From the NCBI RefSeq assembly GCF_009931435.1, contig NZ_CP043414.1: 64,000 nt of DNA. The stretch is one strand, 5' to 3'. Below the pieces are notes generated by a model, which saw only the letters and a program-made list of their open reading frames with translations, was not told the origin of the DNA and searched no databases. Source of the stretch: Escherichia coli (lineage in GTDB: Bacteria; Pseudomonadota; Gammaproteobacteria; Enterobacterales; Enterobacteriaceae). Below are positions 22,447 through 33,443 of this stretch, in pieces; position 1 is the first letter of the stretch; the number at the start of each line of letters is the position of its first letter. A program made the position numbers and the translations under genes.

Positions 22447-22567
22447 CTTATTCCCCCTACGAGAACCCTATTTGGCTCGTTTAAAGCCGTATTTTTATTT
22501 TGCTGCAAATTGTACTGCCGATGTTCTGTAATCAGATTGTTAGATCATCTGCTACAGAGTGTGTGAA

Positions 22568-22594
22568 AATTTAATTCGTATCGCAAATTAAACG
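22568..22594. promoter_or_regulatory. candidate NagC operator in the nagE-nagB divergent control region
   Basis: AT-rich dyad aatttaattcgtatcgcaaattaaa with central CG-N4-CG, resembling NagC/Mlc sites. Confidence 0.4.
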
Positions 22595-22601
22595 CGTGTC
22601 T

Positions 22602-22623
22602 TTTGTGAGTTTTGTCACCAAAT
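22602..22623. promoter_or_regulatory. CRP binding site
   Basis: ttTGTGAgttttgTCACCa fits TGTGA-N6-TCACA. Confidence 0.6.
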
Positions 22624-22778
22624 ATCGTTATCATCACTCCCTTTTACTGGCTAAACCAGAAAACTTATTTTATCATTCAAAAAATCAGGTCGGATTGACG
22701 CCTGTCTGCGCAAATCCAGGTTACGCTTAAAGATGCCTAATCCGCCAACGGCTTACTTTTTACTTACTGAGGTGAATA

Positions 22779-23579
22779 ATGAGACTGATCCCCCTGACTA
22801 CCGCTGAACAGGTCGGCAAATGGGCTGCTCGCCATATCGTCAATCGTATCAATGCGTTCAAACCGACAGCCGATCGTCCGTTTGTTCTGGGTCTGCCGAC
22901 TGGCGGCACGCCGATGACCACCTACAAAGCGTTAGTTGAAATGCATAAAGCAGGCCAGGTCAGCTTTAAGCACGTTGTCACCTTCAACATGGACGAATAT
23001 GTCGGTCTGCCGAAAGAGCATCCGGAAAGCTACTACAGCTTTATGCACCGTAATTTCTTCGATCACGTTGATATTCCAGCAGAAAACATCAACCTTCTCA
23101 ACGGCAACGCCCCGGATATCGACGCCGAGTGCCGCCAGTATGAAGAAAAAATCCGTTCTTACGGAAAAATTCATCTGTTTATGGGCGGTGTAGGTAACGA
23201 CGGTCATATTGCATTTAACGAACCAGCGTCTTCTCTGGCTTCTCGTACTCGTATCAAAACCCTGACTCATGACACTCGCGTCGCGAACTCTCGTTTCTTT
23301 GATAACGATGTCAATCAGGTGCCAAAATATGCCCTGACTGTCGGTGTTGGTACATTGTTGGATGCCGAAGAAGTAATGATTCTGGTGCTGGGCAGCCAGA
23401 AAGCACTGGCGCTGCAAGCCGCCGTTGAAGGTTGCGTGAACCACATGTGGACCATCAGCTGTCTGCAACTGCATCCGAAAGCCATCATGGTGTGCGATGA
23501 ACCTTCTACCATGGAGCTGAAAGTTAAGACTTTAAGATATTTCAATGAATTAGAAGCAGAAAATATCAAAGGTCTGTAA
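22779..23579 (+). CDS. nagB: glucosamine-6-phosphate deaminase
   Basis: ORF track 22779..23579, 266 aa. Confidence 0.96.
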
Positions 23580-23597
23580 TTGTTATCCCTGCCCTGA

Positions 23598-24788
<1,191 letters not shown>

Positions 24789-24796
24789 GAGAAAGT

Positions 24797-26017
24797 ATGA
24801 CACCAGGCGGACAAGCTCAGATAGGTAATGTTGATCTCGTAAAACAGCTTAACAGCGCGGCGGTTTATCGCCTGATTGACCAGTACGGGCCAATCTCGCG
24901 GATTCAGATTGCCGAGCAAAGCCAGCTTGCCCCCGCCAGCGTAACCAAGATTACGCGTCAGCTTATCGAACGCGGGCTGATCAAAGAAGTTGATCAGCAG
25001 GCCTCCACCGGGGGCCGCCGCGCTATCTCCATTGTCACCGAAACCCGCAATTTCCACGCAATCGGCGTACGGCTTGGTCGTCATGACGCCACCATCACCC
25101 TGTTTGATCTCAGTAGCAAAGTGCTGGCAGAGGAACATTACCCGTTGCCTGAACGCACTCAGCAAACGCTGGAACATGCCCTGCTGAATGCCATTGCTCA
25201 GTTTATTGATAGCTACCAGCGCAAACTGCGCGAGCTGATCGCCATTTCCGTGATCCTGCCAGGGCTTGTTGACCCGGACAGTGGCAAAATTCATTACATG
25301 CCGCATATTCAGGTAGAAAACTGGGGACTGGTAGAAGCACTGGAAGAACGTTTTAAAGTGACCTGTTTTGTCGGCCACGATATCCGCAGTCTGGCACTGG
25401 CAGAGCACTACTTCGGTGCAAGCCAGGATTGCGAAGACTCCATTCTGGTGCGTGTCCATCGCGGGACCGGGGCCGGGATTATCTCTAATGGGCGCATTTT
25501 TATTGGCCGCAACGGCAACGTCGGTGAAATTGGCCATATTCAGGTCGAACCGCTGGGTGAACGCTGCCACTGCGGCAACTTTGGCTGCCTGGAAACTATC
25601 GCCGCCAACGCTGCCATTGAACAACGGGTGTTGAATCTGTTAAAGCAGGGCTACCAGAGCCGTGTGCCACTGGACGACTGCACCATCAAAACTATCTGCA
25701 AAGCCGCGAACAAAGGCGACGGTCTGGCGTCGGAAGTGATTGAATATGTTGGTCGTCATCTGGGTAAAACCATCGCCATTGCTATCAACTTATTTAATCC
25801 GCAAAAAATTGTTATCGCTGGTGAGATCACCGAAGCCGATAAAGTGCTGCTCCCTGCTATTGAAAGCTGCATTAATACCCAGGCATTGAAGGCATTTCGC
25901 ACCAATCTGCCCGTGGTACGTTCTGAGCTGGATCACCGCTCGGCAATCGGCGCTTTTGCGCTGGTAAAACGCGCCATGCTCAACGGTATTTTGCTCCAGC
26001 ATTTGCTGGAAAATTAA
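24797..26017 (+). CDS. nagC: ROK-family transcriptional repressor NagC
   Basis: ORF track 24797..26017, 406 aa; N-terminal HTH, ROK CxCGxxGC zinc motif (HCGNFGC). Confidence 0.96.
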   Translation: MTPGGQAQIGNVDLVKQLNSAAVYRLIDQYGPISRIQIAEQSQLAPASVTKITRQLIERGLIKEVDQQASTGGRRAISIVTETRNFHAIGVRLGRHDATITLFDLSSKVLAEEHYPLPERTQQTLEHALLNAIAQFIDSYQRKLRELIAISVILPGLVDPDSGKIHYMPHIQVENWGLVEALEERFKVTCFVGHDIRSLALAEHYFGASQDCEDSILVRVHRGTGAGIISNGRIFIGRNGNVGEIGHIQVEPLGERCHCGNFGCLETIAANAAIEQRVLNLLKQGYQSRVPLDDCTIKTICKAANKGDGLASEVIEYVGRHLGKTIAIAINLFNPQKIVIAGEITEADKVLLPAIESCINTQALKAFRTNLPVVRSELDHRSAIGAFALVKRAMLNGILLQHLLEN

Positions 26018-26064
26018 TGTGCTTTTATAGTGGCGCTTATTGTTGTCAATATTCTGGGTAGTCC

Positions 26065-26817
26065 ATGACCATTAAAAATGTAATTTGCGATATCGACGGC
26101 GTGCTGATGCACGATAACGTCGCCGTACCGGGTGCAGCGGAATTTTTGCACGGGATTATGGATAAAGGCCTGCCGCTGGTGTTGCTGACCAACTATCCTT
26201 CGCAGACCGGGCAAGATCTGGCGAACCGCTTTGCCACTGCGGGTGTCGATGTGCCGGACAGCGTGTTTTATACCTCCGCGATGGCGACCGCCGATTTCCT
26301 GCGTCGCCAGGAAGGTAAGAAAGCGTATGTGGTGGGCGAAGGCGCACTGATTCATGAACTGTACAAAGCCGGTTTCACTATTACCGATGTGAACCCTGAT
26401 TTTGTGATTGTTGGCGAAACGCGTTCCTACAACTGGGACATGATGCATAAAGCAGCCTATTTCGTCGCTAACGGTGCACGCTTTATCGCCACCAACCCGG
26501 ACACCCACGGGCGCGGTTTTTATCCGGCCTGTGGCGCGCTATGCGCGGGGATCGAAAAAATCTCCGGACGTAAACCGTTCTATGTTGGTAAGCCGAGTCC
26601 GTGGATCATCCGCGCAGCATTAAACAAAATGCAGGCGCATTCGGAAGAAACGGTGATTGTCGGCGATAACTTGCGCACCGACATTCTGGCGGGCTTCCAG
26701 GCCGGTCTGGAGACGATTCTGGTGCTTTCTGGTGTTTCATCGCTCGACGATATCGACAGTATGCCGTTCCGCCCAAGCTGGATTTACCCGTCAGTCGCTG
26801 AAATCGACGTTATCTGA
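26065..26817 (+). CDS. nagD: HAD-family UMP phosphatase NagD/UmpH
   Basis: ORF track 26065..26817, 250 aa; DxDG (CDIDGV) HAD motif at N-terminus. Confidence 0.94.
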   Translation: MTIKNVICDIDGVLMHDNVAVPGAAEFLHGIMDKGLPLVLLTNYPSQTGQDLANRFATAGVDVPDSVFYTSAMATADFLRRQEGKKAYVVGEGALIHELYKAGFTITDVNPDFVIVGETRSYNWDMMHKAAYFVANGARFIATNPDTHGRGFYPACGALCAGIEKISGRKPFYVGKPSPWIIRAALNKMQAHSEETVIVGDNLRTDILAGFQAGLETILVLSGVSSLDDIDSMPFRPSWIYPSVAEIDVI

Positions 26818-26868
26818 ATACCACCCACGTCTGCGGACGTGGTTGGCTCTGATGACAAACGCCAAACT

Positions 26869-26967
26869 GCCTGATGCGCTACGCTTATCAGGCCTACGCA
26901 GCTCCTGCAATATATTAAATTTTCATGCTTTTGTAGGCAGGATAAGGCGTTCACGCCGCATCCGGCA
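26869..26967. repeat. BIME / REP units
   Basis: gcctgatgcgctacgcttatcaggcctac ... gtaggcaggataaggcgttcacgccgcatccggca. Confidence 0.85.
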
Positions 26968-27213
26968 TGAACAAATCGCACTTTGTCAGCAATTTGGCCC
27001 CCGTAAAATATAACCATTTAATAAAACCCGCTAAAAATTATCGATTCATCAATAAATACATCCTCACACCAGACCTTTTTTCACCAATCGACAATCACCA
27101 TTACGTTTTTTATTTTCCCCCTGCCAAATCGCTTGCGCACAGTGCTGCTTTGCGGCATTTTTTTAAACAAGCAAACACAACAAGCAACAAATACCAGGTT
27201 AACGGAGAAGGTT

Positions 27214-28878
27214 ATGTGTTCAATTTTTGGCGTATTCGATATCAAAACAGACGCAGTTGAGCTGCGTAAGAAAGCACTCGAGCTGTCACGCCTGATGCGT
27301 CATCGTGGCCCGGACTGGTCCGGTATTTATGCCAGCGATAACGCCATTCTCGCCCACGAACGTCTGTCCATTGTTGACGTTAACGCGGGGGCGCAACCTC
27401 TCTACAACCAACAAAAAACTCATGTGCTGGCAGTAAACGGTGAAATCTACAACCACCAGGCATTGCGCGCTGAATATGGCGATCGTTACCAGTTCCAGAC
27501 CGGGTCTGACTGTGAAGTGATCCTCGCGCTGTATCAGGAAAAAGGGCCGGAATTTCTCGACGATTTGCAGGGCATGTTCGCTTTTGCCCTGTACGACAGC
27601 GAAAAAGATGCGTATCTGATTGGTCGCGACCATCTGGGGATCATCCCGCTATATATGGGCTATGACGAACACGGTCAGCTGTATGTGGCCTCAGAAATGA
27701 AAGCTCTCGTGCCAGTATGCCGCACGATTAAAGAGTTCCCGGCGGGGAGCTATTTATGGAGTCAGGACGGCGAAATCCGTTCTTATTATCACCGCGACTG
27801 GTTCGACTACGATGCGGTGAAAGATAACGTGACCGACAAAAACGAGCTGCGTCAGGCACTGGAAGATTCCGTTAAAAGCCATCTGATGTCTGATGTGCCT
27901 TACGGTGTGCTGCTTTCTGGTGGTCTGGATTCCTCAATTATTTCCGCGATCACCAAGAAATACGCCGCCCGTCGCGTGGAAGATCAGGAACGCTCTGAAG
28001 CCTGGTGGCCGCAGCTGCACTCCTTTGCTGTAGGTCTGCCGGGTTCACCGGATCTGAAGGCAGCCCAGGAAGTGGCAAACCATCTGGGCACTGTGCATCA
28101 TGAAATTCACTTCACTGTACAGGAAGGTCTGGACGCCATCCGCGACGTGATTTACCACATCGAAACCTATGATGTGACCACTATTCGCGCTTCAACACCG
28201 ATGTATTTAATGTCGCGTAAGATCAAAGCGATGGGCATTAAAATGGTACTGTCCGGTGAAGGTTCTGATGAAGTGTTTGGCGGTTATCTCTACTTCCACA
28301 AAGCGCCGAACGCTAAAGAACTGCATGAAGAGACGGTGCGCAAACTGTTGGCCCTGCATATGTATGACTGCGCGCGCGCCAACAAAGCGATGTCCGCCTG
28401 GGGCGTGGAAGCGCGCGTTCCGTTCCTCGACAAGAAATTCCTCGACGTGGCGATGCGCATTAACCCGCAGGATAAAATGTGCGGTAACGGCAAGATGGAA
28501 AAACACATCCTGCGTGAATGTTTTGAGTCGTACCTGCCTGCAAGTGTGGCCTGGCGGCAGAAAGAGCAGTTCTCCGATGGCGTCGGTTACAGTTGGATCG
28601 ATACCCTGAAAGAAGTGGCGGCGCAGCAGGTTTCTGATCAACAGCTGGAAACTGCCCGCTTCCGCTTCCCGTACAACACGCCGACGTCCAAAGAAGCGTA
28701 TCTGTACCGGGAGATCTTTGAAGAACTGTTCCCGCTTCCGAGCGCCGCAGAGTGCGTGCCGGGCGGCCCGTCCGTCGCGTGTTCTTCCGCTAAAGCGATT
28801 GAATGGGATGAGGCGTTCAAGAAAATGGACGATCCGTCTGGTCGTGCGGTTGGTGTTCACCAGTCGGCGTATAAGTAA
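27214..28878 (+). CDS. asnB: asparagine synthetase B (glutamine-hydrolysing)
   Basis: ORF track 27133..28878; start placed at ATG 27214 (MCSIFGVFD..., catalytic Cys2), 554 aa; SGGLDSS PP-loop. Confidence 0.96.
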   Translation: MCSIFGVFDIKTDAVELRKKALELSRLMRHRGPDWSGIYASDNAILAHERLSIVDVNAGAQPLYNQQKTHVLAVNGEIYNHQALRAEYGDRYQFQTGSDCEVILALYQEKGPEFLDDLQGMFAFALYDSEKDAYLIGRDHLGIIPLYMGYDEHGQLYVASEMKALVPVCRTIKEFPAGSYLWSQDGEIRSYYHRDWFDYDAVKDNVTDKNELRQALEDSVKSHLMSDVPYGVLLSGGLDSSIISAITKKYAARRVEDQERSEAWWPQLHSFAVGLPGSPDLKAAQEVANHLGTVHHEIHFTVQEGLDAIRDVIYHIETYDVTTIRASTPMYLMSRKIKAMGIKMVLSGEGSDEVFGGYLYFHKAPNAKELHEETVRKLLALHMYDCARANKAMSAWGVEARVPFLDKKFLDVAMRINPQDKMCGNGKMEKHILRECFESYLPASVAWRQKEQFSDGVGYSWIDTLKEVAAQQVSDQQLETARFRFPYNTPTSKEAYLYREIFEELFPLPSAAECVPGGPSVACSSAKAIEWDEAFKKMDDPSGRAVGVHQSAYK

Positions 28879-28891
28879 GAAATGCGGTACT

Positions 28892-28920
28892 GCCCCGGAG
28901 AAATCCGGGGCTGTTTCAGT
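28892..28920 (+). terminator. terminator after asnB
   Basis: gccccgga gaaa tccggggc followed by tgtttcagtt. Confidence 0.65.
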
Positions 28921-29357
28921 TATTGAGCTGCTTGTTGATTCTGATATGCAGTAAGGAAATGTTCCGGGTTTGCCACATCACTGTTTGACAACTCATCACT
29001 GTAGGCCACCGACCAGGTCGCCTGCTCATCCGGAATATGCAGGCTGCCATTCCCCTCTTTCAGGCGTAATAACTCAAAAGATTTGCCCTTAATTACGGCG
29101 GTATAGGATTTTTCACCTTCCTGTAATGCTTTCACTTTACAGCGAAAAATCTGGCCATCGATGTCATTATCAACATGCGATACCTGAATGAGGGCTTCAT
29201 TAGAGGCTTTCGGCCCTATCCGCATCATCCACACCACAGCGCCTTCCTGCCCACGATAGCCAAAAACATATTTCCCGATTTCCGGTTTGACCGTATCGGC
29301 AAACGCAGATTGCATGAGTAATAACGCCCCCATCAGCGCCGTCATAAAACGCAGCAT
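28920..29357 (-). CDS. hypothetical secreted protein (145 aa, cleavable signal peptide)
   Basis: ORF track 28920..29357; ATG with gaggga 7 nt upstream; N-terminus MLRFMTALMGALLLMQSAFA then DTVKPE (AxA signal-peptidase site); no family recognised by eye. Confidence 0.6.
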   Translation of the reverse strand: MLRFMTALMGALLLMQSAFADTVKPEIGKYVFGYRGQEGAVVWMMRIGPKASNEALIQVSHVDNDIDGQIFRCKVKALQEGEKSYTAVIKGKSFELLRLKEGNGSLHIPDEQATWSVAYSDELSNSDVANPEHFLTAYQNQQAAQ

Positions 29358-29620
29358 AGTATTCCCTCAATAAATCGCCTGAAGTGGTAGCAGAGATGCA
29401 GGCGTAGCGATCCCTGCCCTGTCCTGTTGCAACGGGCCAGTATTTCATAGATTAATTTCCTACCACTATTGTTGAATTCCGAATTTCATCCTGTATGACA
29501 AAAGAATGGCTGTAGGGTGGGGAAAAAACACAAAGTAAACAATAATTGACGAATATAGCGCCACGCTGTTCGCAACCTAACCAAACAGTCACTTTCGAGC
29601 AATTTTCCTTGAAAAAGAGG

Positions 29621-29660
29621 TTGACGCTGCAAGGCTCTATACGCATAATGCGCCCCGCAA
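29621..29660 (+). promoter_or_regulatory. stable-RNA type promoter of the tRNA operon
   Basis: TTGACG -35 (29621-29626), 17-nt spacer, CATAAT -10 (29644-29649), GC-rich discriminator gcgccccgc; tRNA starts ~40 nt downstream. Confidence 0.65.
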
Positions 29661-29688
29661 CGCCGATAAGGTATCGCGAAAAAAAGAT

Positions 29689-29765
29689 GGCTACGTAGCT
29701 CAGTTGGTTAGAGCACATCACTCATAATGATGGGGTCACAGGTTCGAATCCCGTCGTAGCCACCA
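29689..29765 (+). tRNA. metT: tRNA-Met (CAU, elongator)
   Basis: 77-nt cloverleaf ggctacgtagctcagttggttagagcacatcactCATaatgatg...cgtagccacca with encoded CCA. Confidence 0.97.
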
Positions 29766-29773
29766 TCTTTTTT

Positions 29774-29858
29774 GCGGGAGTGGCGAAATTGGTAGACGCA
29801 CCAGATTTAGGTTCTGGCGCCGCAAGGTGTGCGAGTTCAAGTCTCGCCTCCCGCACCA
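29774..29858 (+). tRNA. leuW: tRNA-Leu (UAG)
   Basis: 85-nt gcgggagtggcgaaattggtagacgcaccagattTAGgttctgg... long variable arm, CCA end. Confidence 0.97.
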
Positions 29859-29881
29859 TTCACCAGAAAGCGTTGTACGGA

Positions 29882-29956
29882 TGGGGTATCGCCAAGCGGT
29901 AAGGCACCGGTTTTTGATACCGGCATTCCCTGGTTCGAATCCAGGTACCCCAGCCA
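29882..29956 (+). tRNA. glnU: tRNA-Gln (UUG)
   Basis: 75-nt tggggtatcgccaagcggtaaggcaccggtttTTGataccgg...ccccagcca. Confidence 0.97.
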
Positions 29957-29990
29957 TCTTCTTCGAGTAAGCGGTTCACCGCCCGGTTAT

Positions 29991-30065
29991 TGGGGTATCG
30001 CCAAGCGGTAAGGCACCGGTTTTTGATACCGGCATTCCCTGGTTCGAATCCAGGTACCCCAGCCA
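29991..30065 (+). tRNA. glnW: tRNA-Gln (UUG)
   Basis: Identical 75-nt copy of the UUG tRNA-Gln. Confidence 0.97.
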
Positions 30066-30080
30066 TCGAAGAAACAATCT

Positions 30081-30157
30081 GGCTACGTAGCTCAGTTGGT
30101 TAGAGCACATCACTCATAATGATGGGGTCACAGGTTCGAATCCCGTCGTAGCCACCA
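30081..30157 (+). tRNA. metU: tRNA-Met (CAU, elongator)
   Basis: Second 77-nt copy identical to metT. Confidence 0.97.
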
Positions 30158-30205
30158 AATTCTGAATGTGTCGAATGCGTTCGGCAAATTCACAAACCAA
30201 TTTGT

Positions 30206-30280
30206 TGGGGTATCGCCAAGCGGTAAGGCACCGGATTCTGATTCCGGCATTCCGAGGTTCGAATCCTCGTACCCCAGCCA
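30206..30280 (+). tRNA. glnV: tRNA-Gln (CUG)
   Basis: 75-nt tggggtatcgccaagcggtaaggcaccggattCTGattccgg...ccccagcca. Confidence 0.97.
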
Positions 30281-30317
30281 ATTTATTCAAGACGCTTACC
30301 TTGTAAGTGCACCCAGT

Positions 30318-30392
30318 TGGGGTATCGCCAAGCGGTAAGGCACCGGATTCTGATTCCGGCATTCCGAGGTTCGAATCCTCGTACCCCAGCCA
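30318..30392 (+). tRNA. glnX: tRNA-Gln (CUG)
   Basis: Second identical CUG tRNA-Gln copy. Confidence 0.97.
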
Positions 30393-30400
30393 CATTAAAA

Positions 30401-30430
30401 AAGCTCGCTTCGGCGAGCTTTTTGCTTTTC
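30401..30430 (+). terminator. rho-independent terminator of the tRNA operon
   Basis: aagctcgc ttcg gcgagctt followed by tttgcttttc; preceded by A-run. Confidence 0.85.
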
Positions 30431-30444
30431 TGCGTATATTCAAT

Positions 30445-30535
30445 GTCGAATGCGATGTTGACACGTCTTATTCTTCAAAGTCGGATGCGACGCTGATGCG
30501 TCTTATCCGACCTACAGTTGGCATGCATCCGGCAA
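30445..30535. repeat. REP-like palindromic units
   Basis: gtcgaatgcgatgttgacacgtcttattc and cggatgcgacgctgatgcgtcttatccgacctac. Confidence 0.75.
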
Positions 30536-30545
30536 TGTTGTAAGG

Positions 30546-31721
30546 CTACAACCCTAACGCATATTTCAGCGCCTGCCGTTTCAATACGCCAGCACGCTCC
30601 GCCGCCATTAACCCGAGATTACGCATAAAACGCAGTGGCGGCAGATTATTGCTGAATCCGGCATAAAACAGATCCATACCGCTTTGCATAATGAAGTTAT
30701 CCGCCATACGCCGCATCTGGTAACGCTTGAGGACAGGATAACTGGCCCACGCTTCACCGTAGCTGCGGGCATTCACCAGAACGTCAATCAGCGCATCAAC
30801 ATCGCGATAACCAAGATTCACCCCCTGCCCCGCCAGCGGATGAATGGTGTGCGCCGCATCGCCCACCAGCGCAAGCCCTGGCTGCACATACTGCAACGCA
30901 TGGCGGCGCGTCAGCGGAAACGCACCAGCAGCAAGCGGCGTTACATAACCCAGACGTGACGGGAAATGCTTCGCGATTTCCGCCTGGAGCTGCGCCATAT
31001 TCATATTCTGCAACTGGCGAATACGCGCTGGTGAGTCGTACCACACCAGCGATGCCCAGTTATCAAACAGCGGCAAAAACGCACGCGGCCCGTCCGGAGT
31101 AAACTGCTGCCAGGTGCTGTCGCCGGGATCATTCTCGCACTGTACGCTAATCAACATACACGACTGCGCATACTGCCAGGCATGAACGCCAATTCCCGCC
31201 ATTTGCCGCACCTGCGAATTTGCACCGTCAGCGCCAATCACCAGCTTCGCCTGGATCACTTCGCCCCCCTTCAGTTCCAGTTCCTGAAGATCATTATGGC
31301 GATGCAGAGCAATTAGTGAGCCTGGCACACGTAACGTTACTTTCGGATGCGCTTCCAGCGCCTGCCACAGCGCCTGTTGCAGGACAGTGTTTTCCACCAT
31401 ATAGCCAAGCAACGGCAGCTTCAATTCGGCTGCATCAAACACCACATGCGCCGTTTCCCACTCCCACGTTTCCAGTCTGCGATAAGGATGGCAACGCATG
31501 GCCTGTACCGCGTCCCAGACGCCTAAACCTTTAAGCAATGATACCGAAGCCGCACTAATCGCCGAGATCCGCACGTCAGGCTGGCTGTCAGCGACAAACG
31601 GTGCAGGCTCTGCATGCTCGATTACCGTTACCGAAAATCCGTGCTGAGCCAGTCCCAGCGCCAGTGCGCCGCCGACCATTCCTCCGCCGACAATGGCAAT
31701 TTCCGTTGGTTGATTTGTCAT
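30546..31721 (-). CDS. ubiF: FAD-dependent 2-octaprenyl-3-methyl-6-methoxy-1,4-benzoquinol hydroxylase
   Basis: ORF track 30546..31727 begins at an in-frame TTG; start placed at ATG 31721 (MTNQPTEIAIVGGGMVGG, FAD-binding GxGxxG), 391 aa. Confidence 0.93.
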   Translation of the reverse strand: MTNQPTEIAIVGGGMVGGALALGLAQHGFSVTVIEHAEPAPFVADSQPDVRISAISAASVSLLKGLGVWDAVQAMRCHPYRRLETWEWETAHVVFDAAELKLPLLGYMVENTVLQQALWQALEAHPKVTLRVPGSLIALHRHNDLQELELKGGEVIQAKLVIGADGANSQVRQMAGIGVHAWQYAQSCMLISVQCENDPGDSTWQQFTPDGPRAFLPLFDNWASLVWYDSPARIRQLQNMNMAQLQAEIAKHFPSRLGYVTPLAAGAFPLTRRHALQYVQPGLALVGDAAHTIHPLAGQGVNLGYRDVDALIDVLVNARSYGEAWASYPVLKRYQMRRMADNFIMQSGMDLFYAGFSNNLPPLRFMRNLGLMAAERAGVLKRQALKYALGL

Positions 31722-31866
31722 GGTCAATCATCCTGTTAGCAATATGCTTTAAGTTTACAGGATTTTTACCCCCAAGGGCTGATAACGCTCATACTGGTCA
31801 CAACGGCAGCAAAGCATTACACTATGCGCCCTGCATTCCTGGCTACTATTTCGCAAGAGCAAGTCG

Positions 31867-33291
31867 ATGACCAAAAAACTCCATATTAAAACCTGGGGCT
31901 GTCAGATGAACGAGTACGATTCATCGAAGATGGCCGATCTGCTGGATGCCACCCACGGCTATCAACTGACCGACGTGGCGGAAGAAGCGGATGTGCTGCT
32001 GCTGAACACCTGCTCAATCCGCGAGAAGGCTCAGGAAAAAGTCTTCCATCAGTTGGGTCGCTGGAAACTGTTAAAAGAGAAGAATCCAGACCTGATTATC
32101 GGCGTCGGCGGCTGCGTGGCATCGCAAGAAGGCGAGCACATTCGCCAGCGCGCCCACTATGTTGATATTATTTTTGGGCCGCAAACGCTGCACCGTCTGC
32201 CGGAGATGATCAACTCCGTACGCGGCGACCGCAGCCCGGTTGTAGATATCAGCTTTCCGGAAATCGAGAAGTTTGACCGTCTGCCGGAACCGCGTGCCGA
32301 AGGACCAACCGCGTTTGTCTCCATCATGGAAGGCTGCAATAAATATTGCACCTACTGTGTGGTGCCTTACACCCGTGGTGAAGAGGTAAGCCGTCCTTCC
32401 GACGATATTCTGTTTGAGATTGCCCAGCTTGCGGCTCAGGGCGTGCGTGAAGTCAACCTGCTCGGTCAGAACGTGAACGCCTGGCGTGGTGAGAACTACG
32501 ACGGCACCACCGGATCGTTTGCCGATCTGCTGCGTCTGGTTGCGGCGATCGACGGGATCGATCGTATTCGCTTTACCACCAGCCATCCGATCGAATTCAC
32601 CGACGATATCATCGAAGTGTACCGTGACACGCCGGAGCTGGTGAGCTTCCTGCATCTGCCGGTACAGAGCGGTTCCGATCGCATTCTGAACCTGATGGGA
32701 CGTACCCATACAGCGCTGGAGTACAAAGCGATCATCCGTAAACTGCGTGCGGCGCGTCCGGATATTCAGATCAGTTCTGACTTCATCGTTGGCTTCCCTG
32801 GCGAAACCACCGAAGACTTCGAGAAAACGATGAAGCTGATTGCCGACGTCAATTTCGACATGAGCTACAGCTTTATCTTCTCTGCACGTCCGGGTACGCC
32901 AGCCGCCGATATGGTTGATGATGTTCCGGAAGAAGAGAAGAAGCAGCGTCTGTATATTCTGCAAGAGCGCATTAATCAGCAAGCGATGGCATGGAGCCGC
33001 CGTATGCTCGGCACCACCCAGCGTATTCTGGTAGAAGGTACATCGCGTAAGAGCATCATGGAGCTTTCCGGTCGTACTGAAAATAACCGCGTGGTCAACT
33101 TCGAGGGCACACCGGATATGATCGGTAAATTCGTCGATGTAGAAATTACCGACGTCTACCCGAACTCTCTGCGCGGTAAAGTGGTGCGAACTGAAGATGA
33201 AATGGGTCTGCGCGTGGCAGAAACACCGGAATCGGTGATTGCCCGTACCCGCAAAGAAAATGACCTTGGCGTGGGTTATTATCAGCCGTAA
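31867..33291 (+). CDS. miaB: tRNA-i6A37 methylthiotransferase (radical SAM)
   Basis: ORF track 31867..33291, 474 aa; CxxxCxxC radical-SAM motif (CNKYCTYC) and N-terminal cysteine cluster. Confidence 0.96.
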
Positions 33292-33297
33292 TTCTCA

Positions 33298-33327
33298 GGC
33301 CCGCCGTTCCGGTGGGCCTTGTTTTTT
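33298..33327 (+). terminator. hairpin plus T-tract after miaB (likely partial terminator, ybeZ follows)
   Basis: ggcccgcc gttcc ggtgggcc followed by ttgttttttc. Confidence 0.6.
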
Positions 33328-33443
33328 CTCTCTTTATCCCCATCTTTATCTCAATGCTTGCGCCTTTTTCCTGTGGCGTGAATAATTTCCTTATAGGCCG
33401 GTGAATGTTCAGCTTCCGGCGGCATACAGATAAGAGGAACGGT

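Noticed and set aside
29882-30392. Four near-identical 75-bp direct repeats with short spacers (a CRISPR-like periodic pattern)
   Set aside because: Each unit folds as a complete tRNA-Gln with anticodon and CCA end, and the spacers include tRNA-Met; this is a tRNA gene array, not a CRISPR array.
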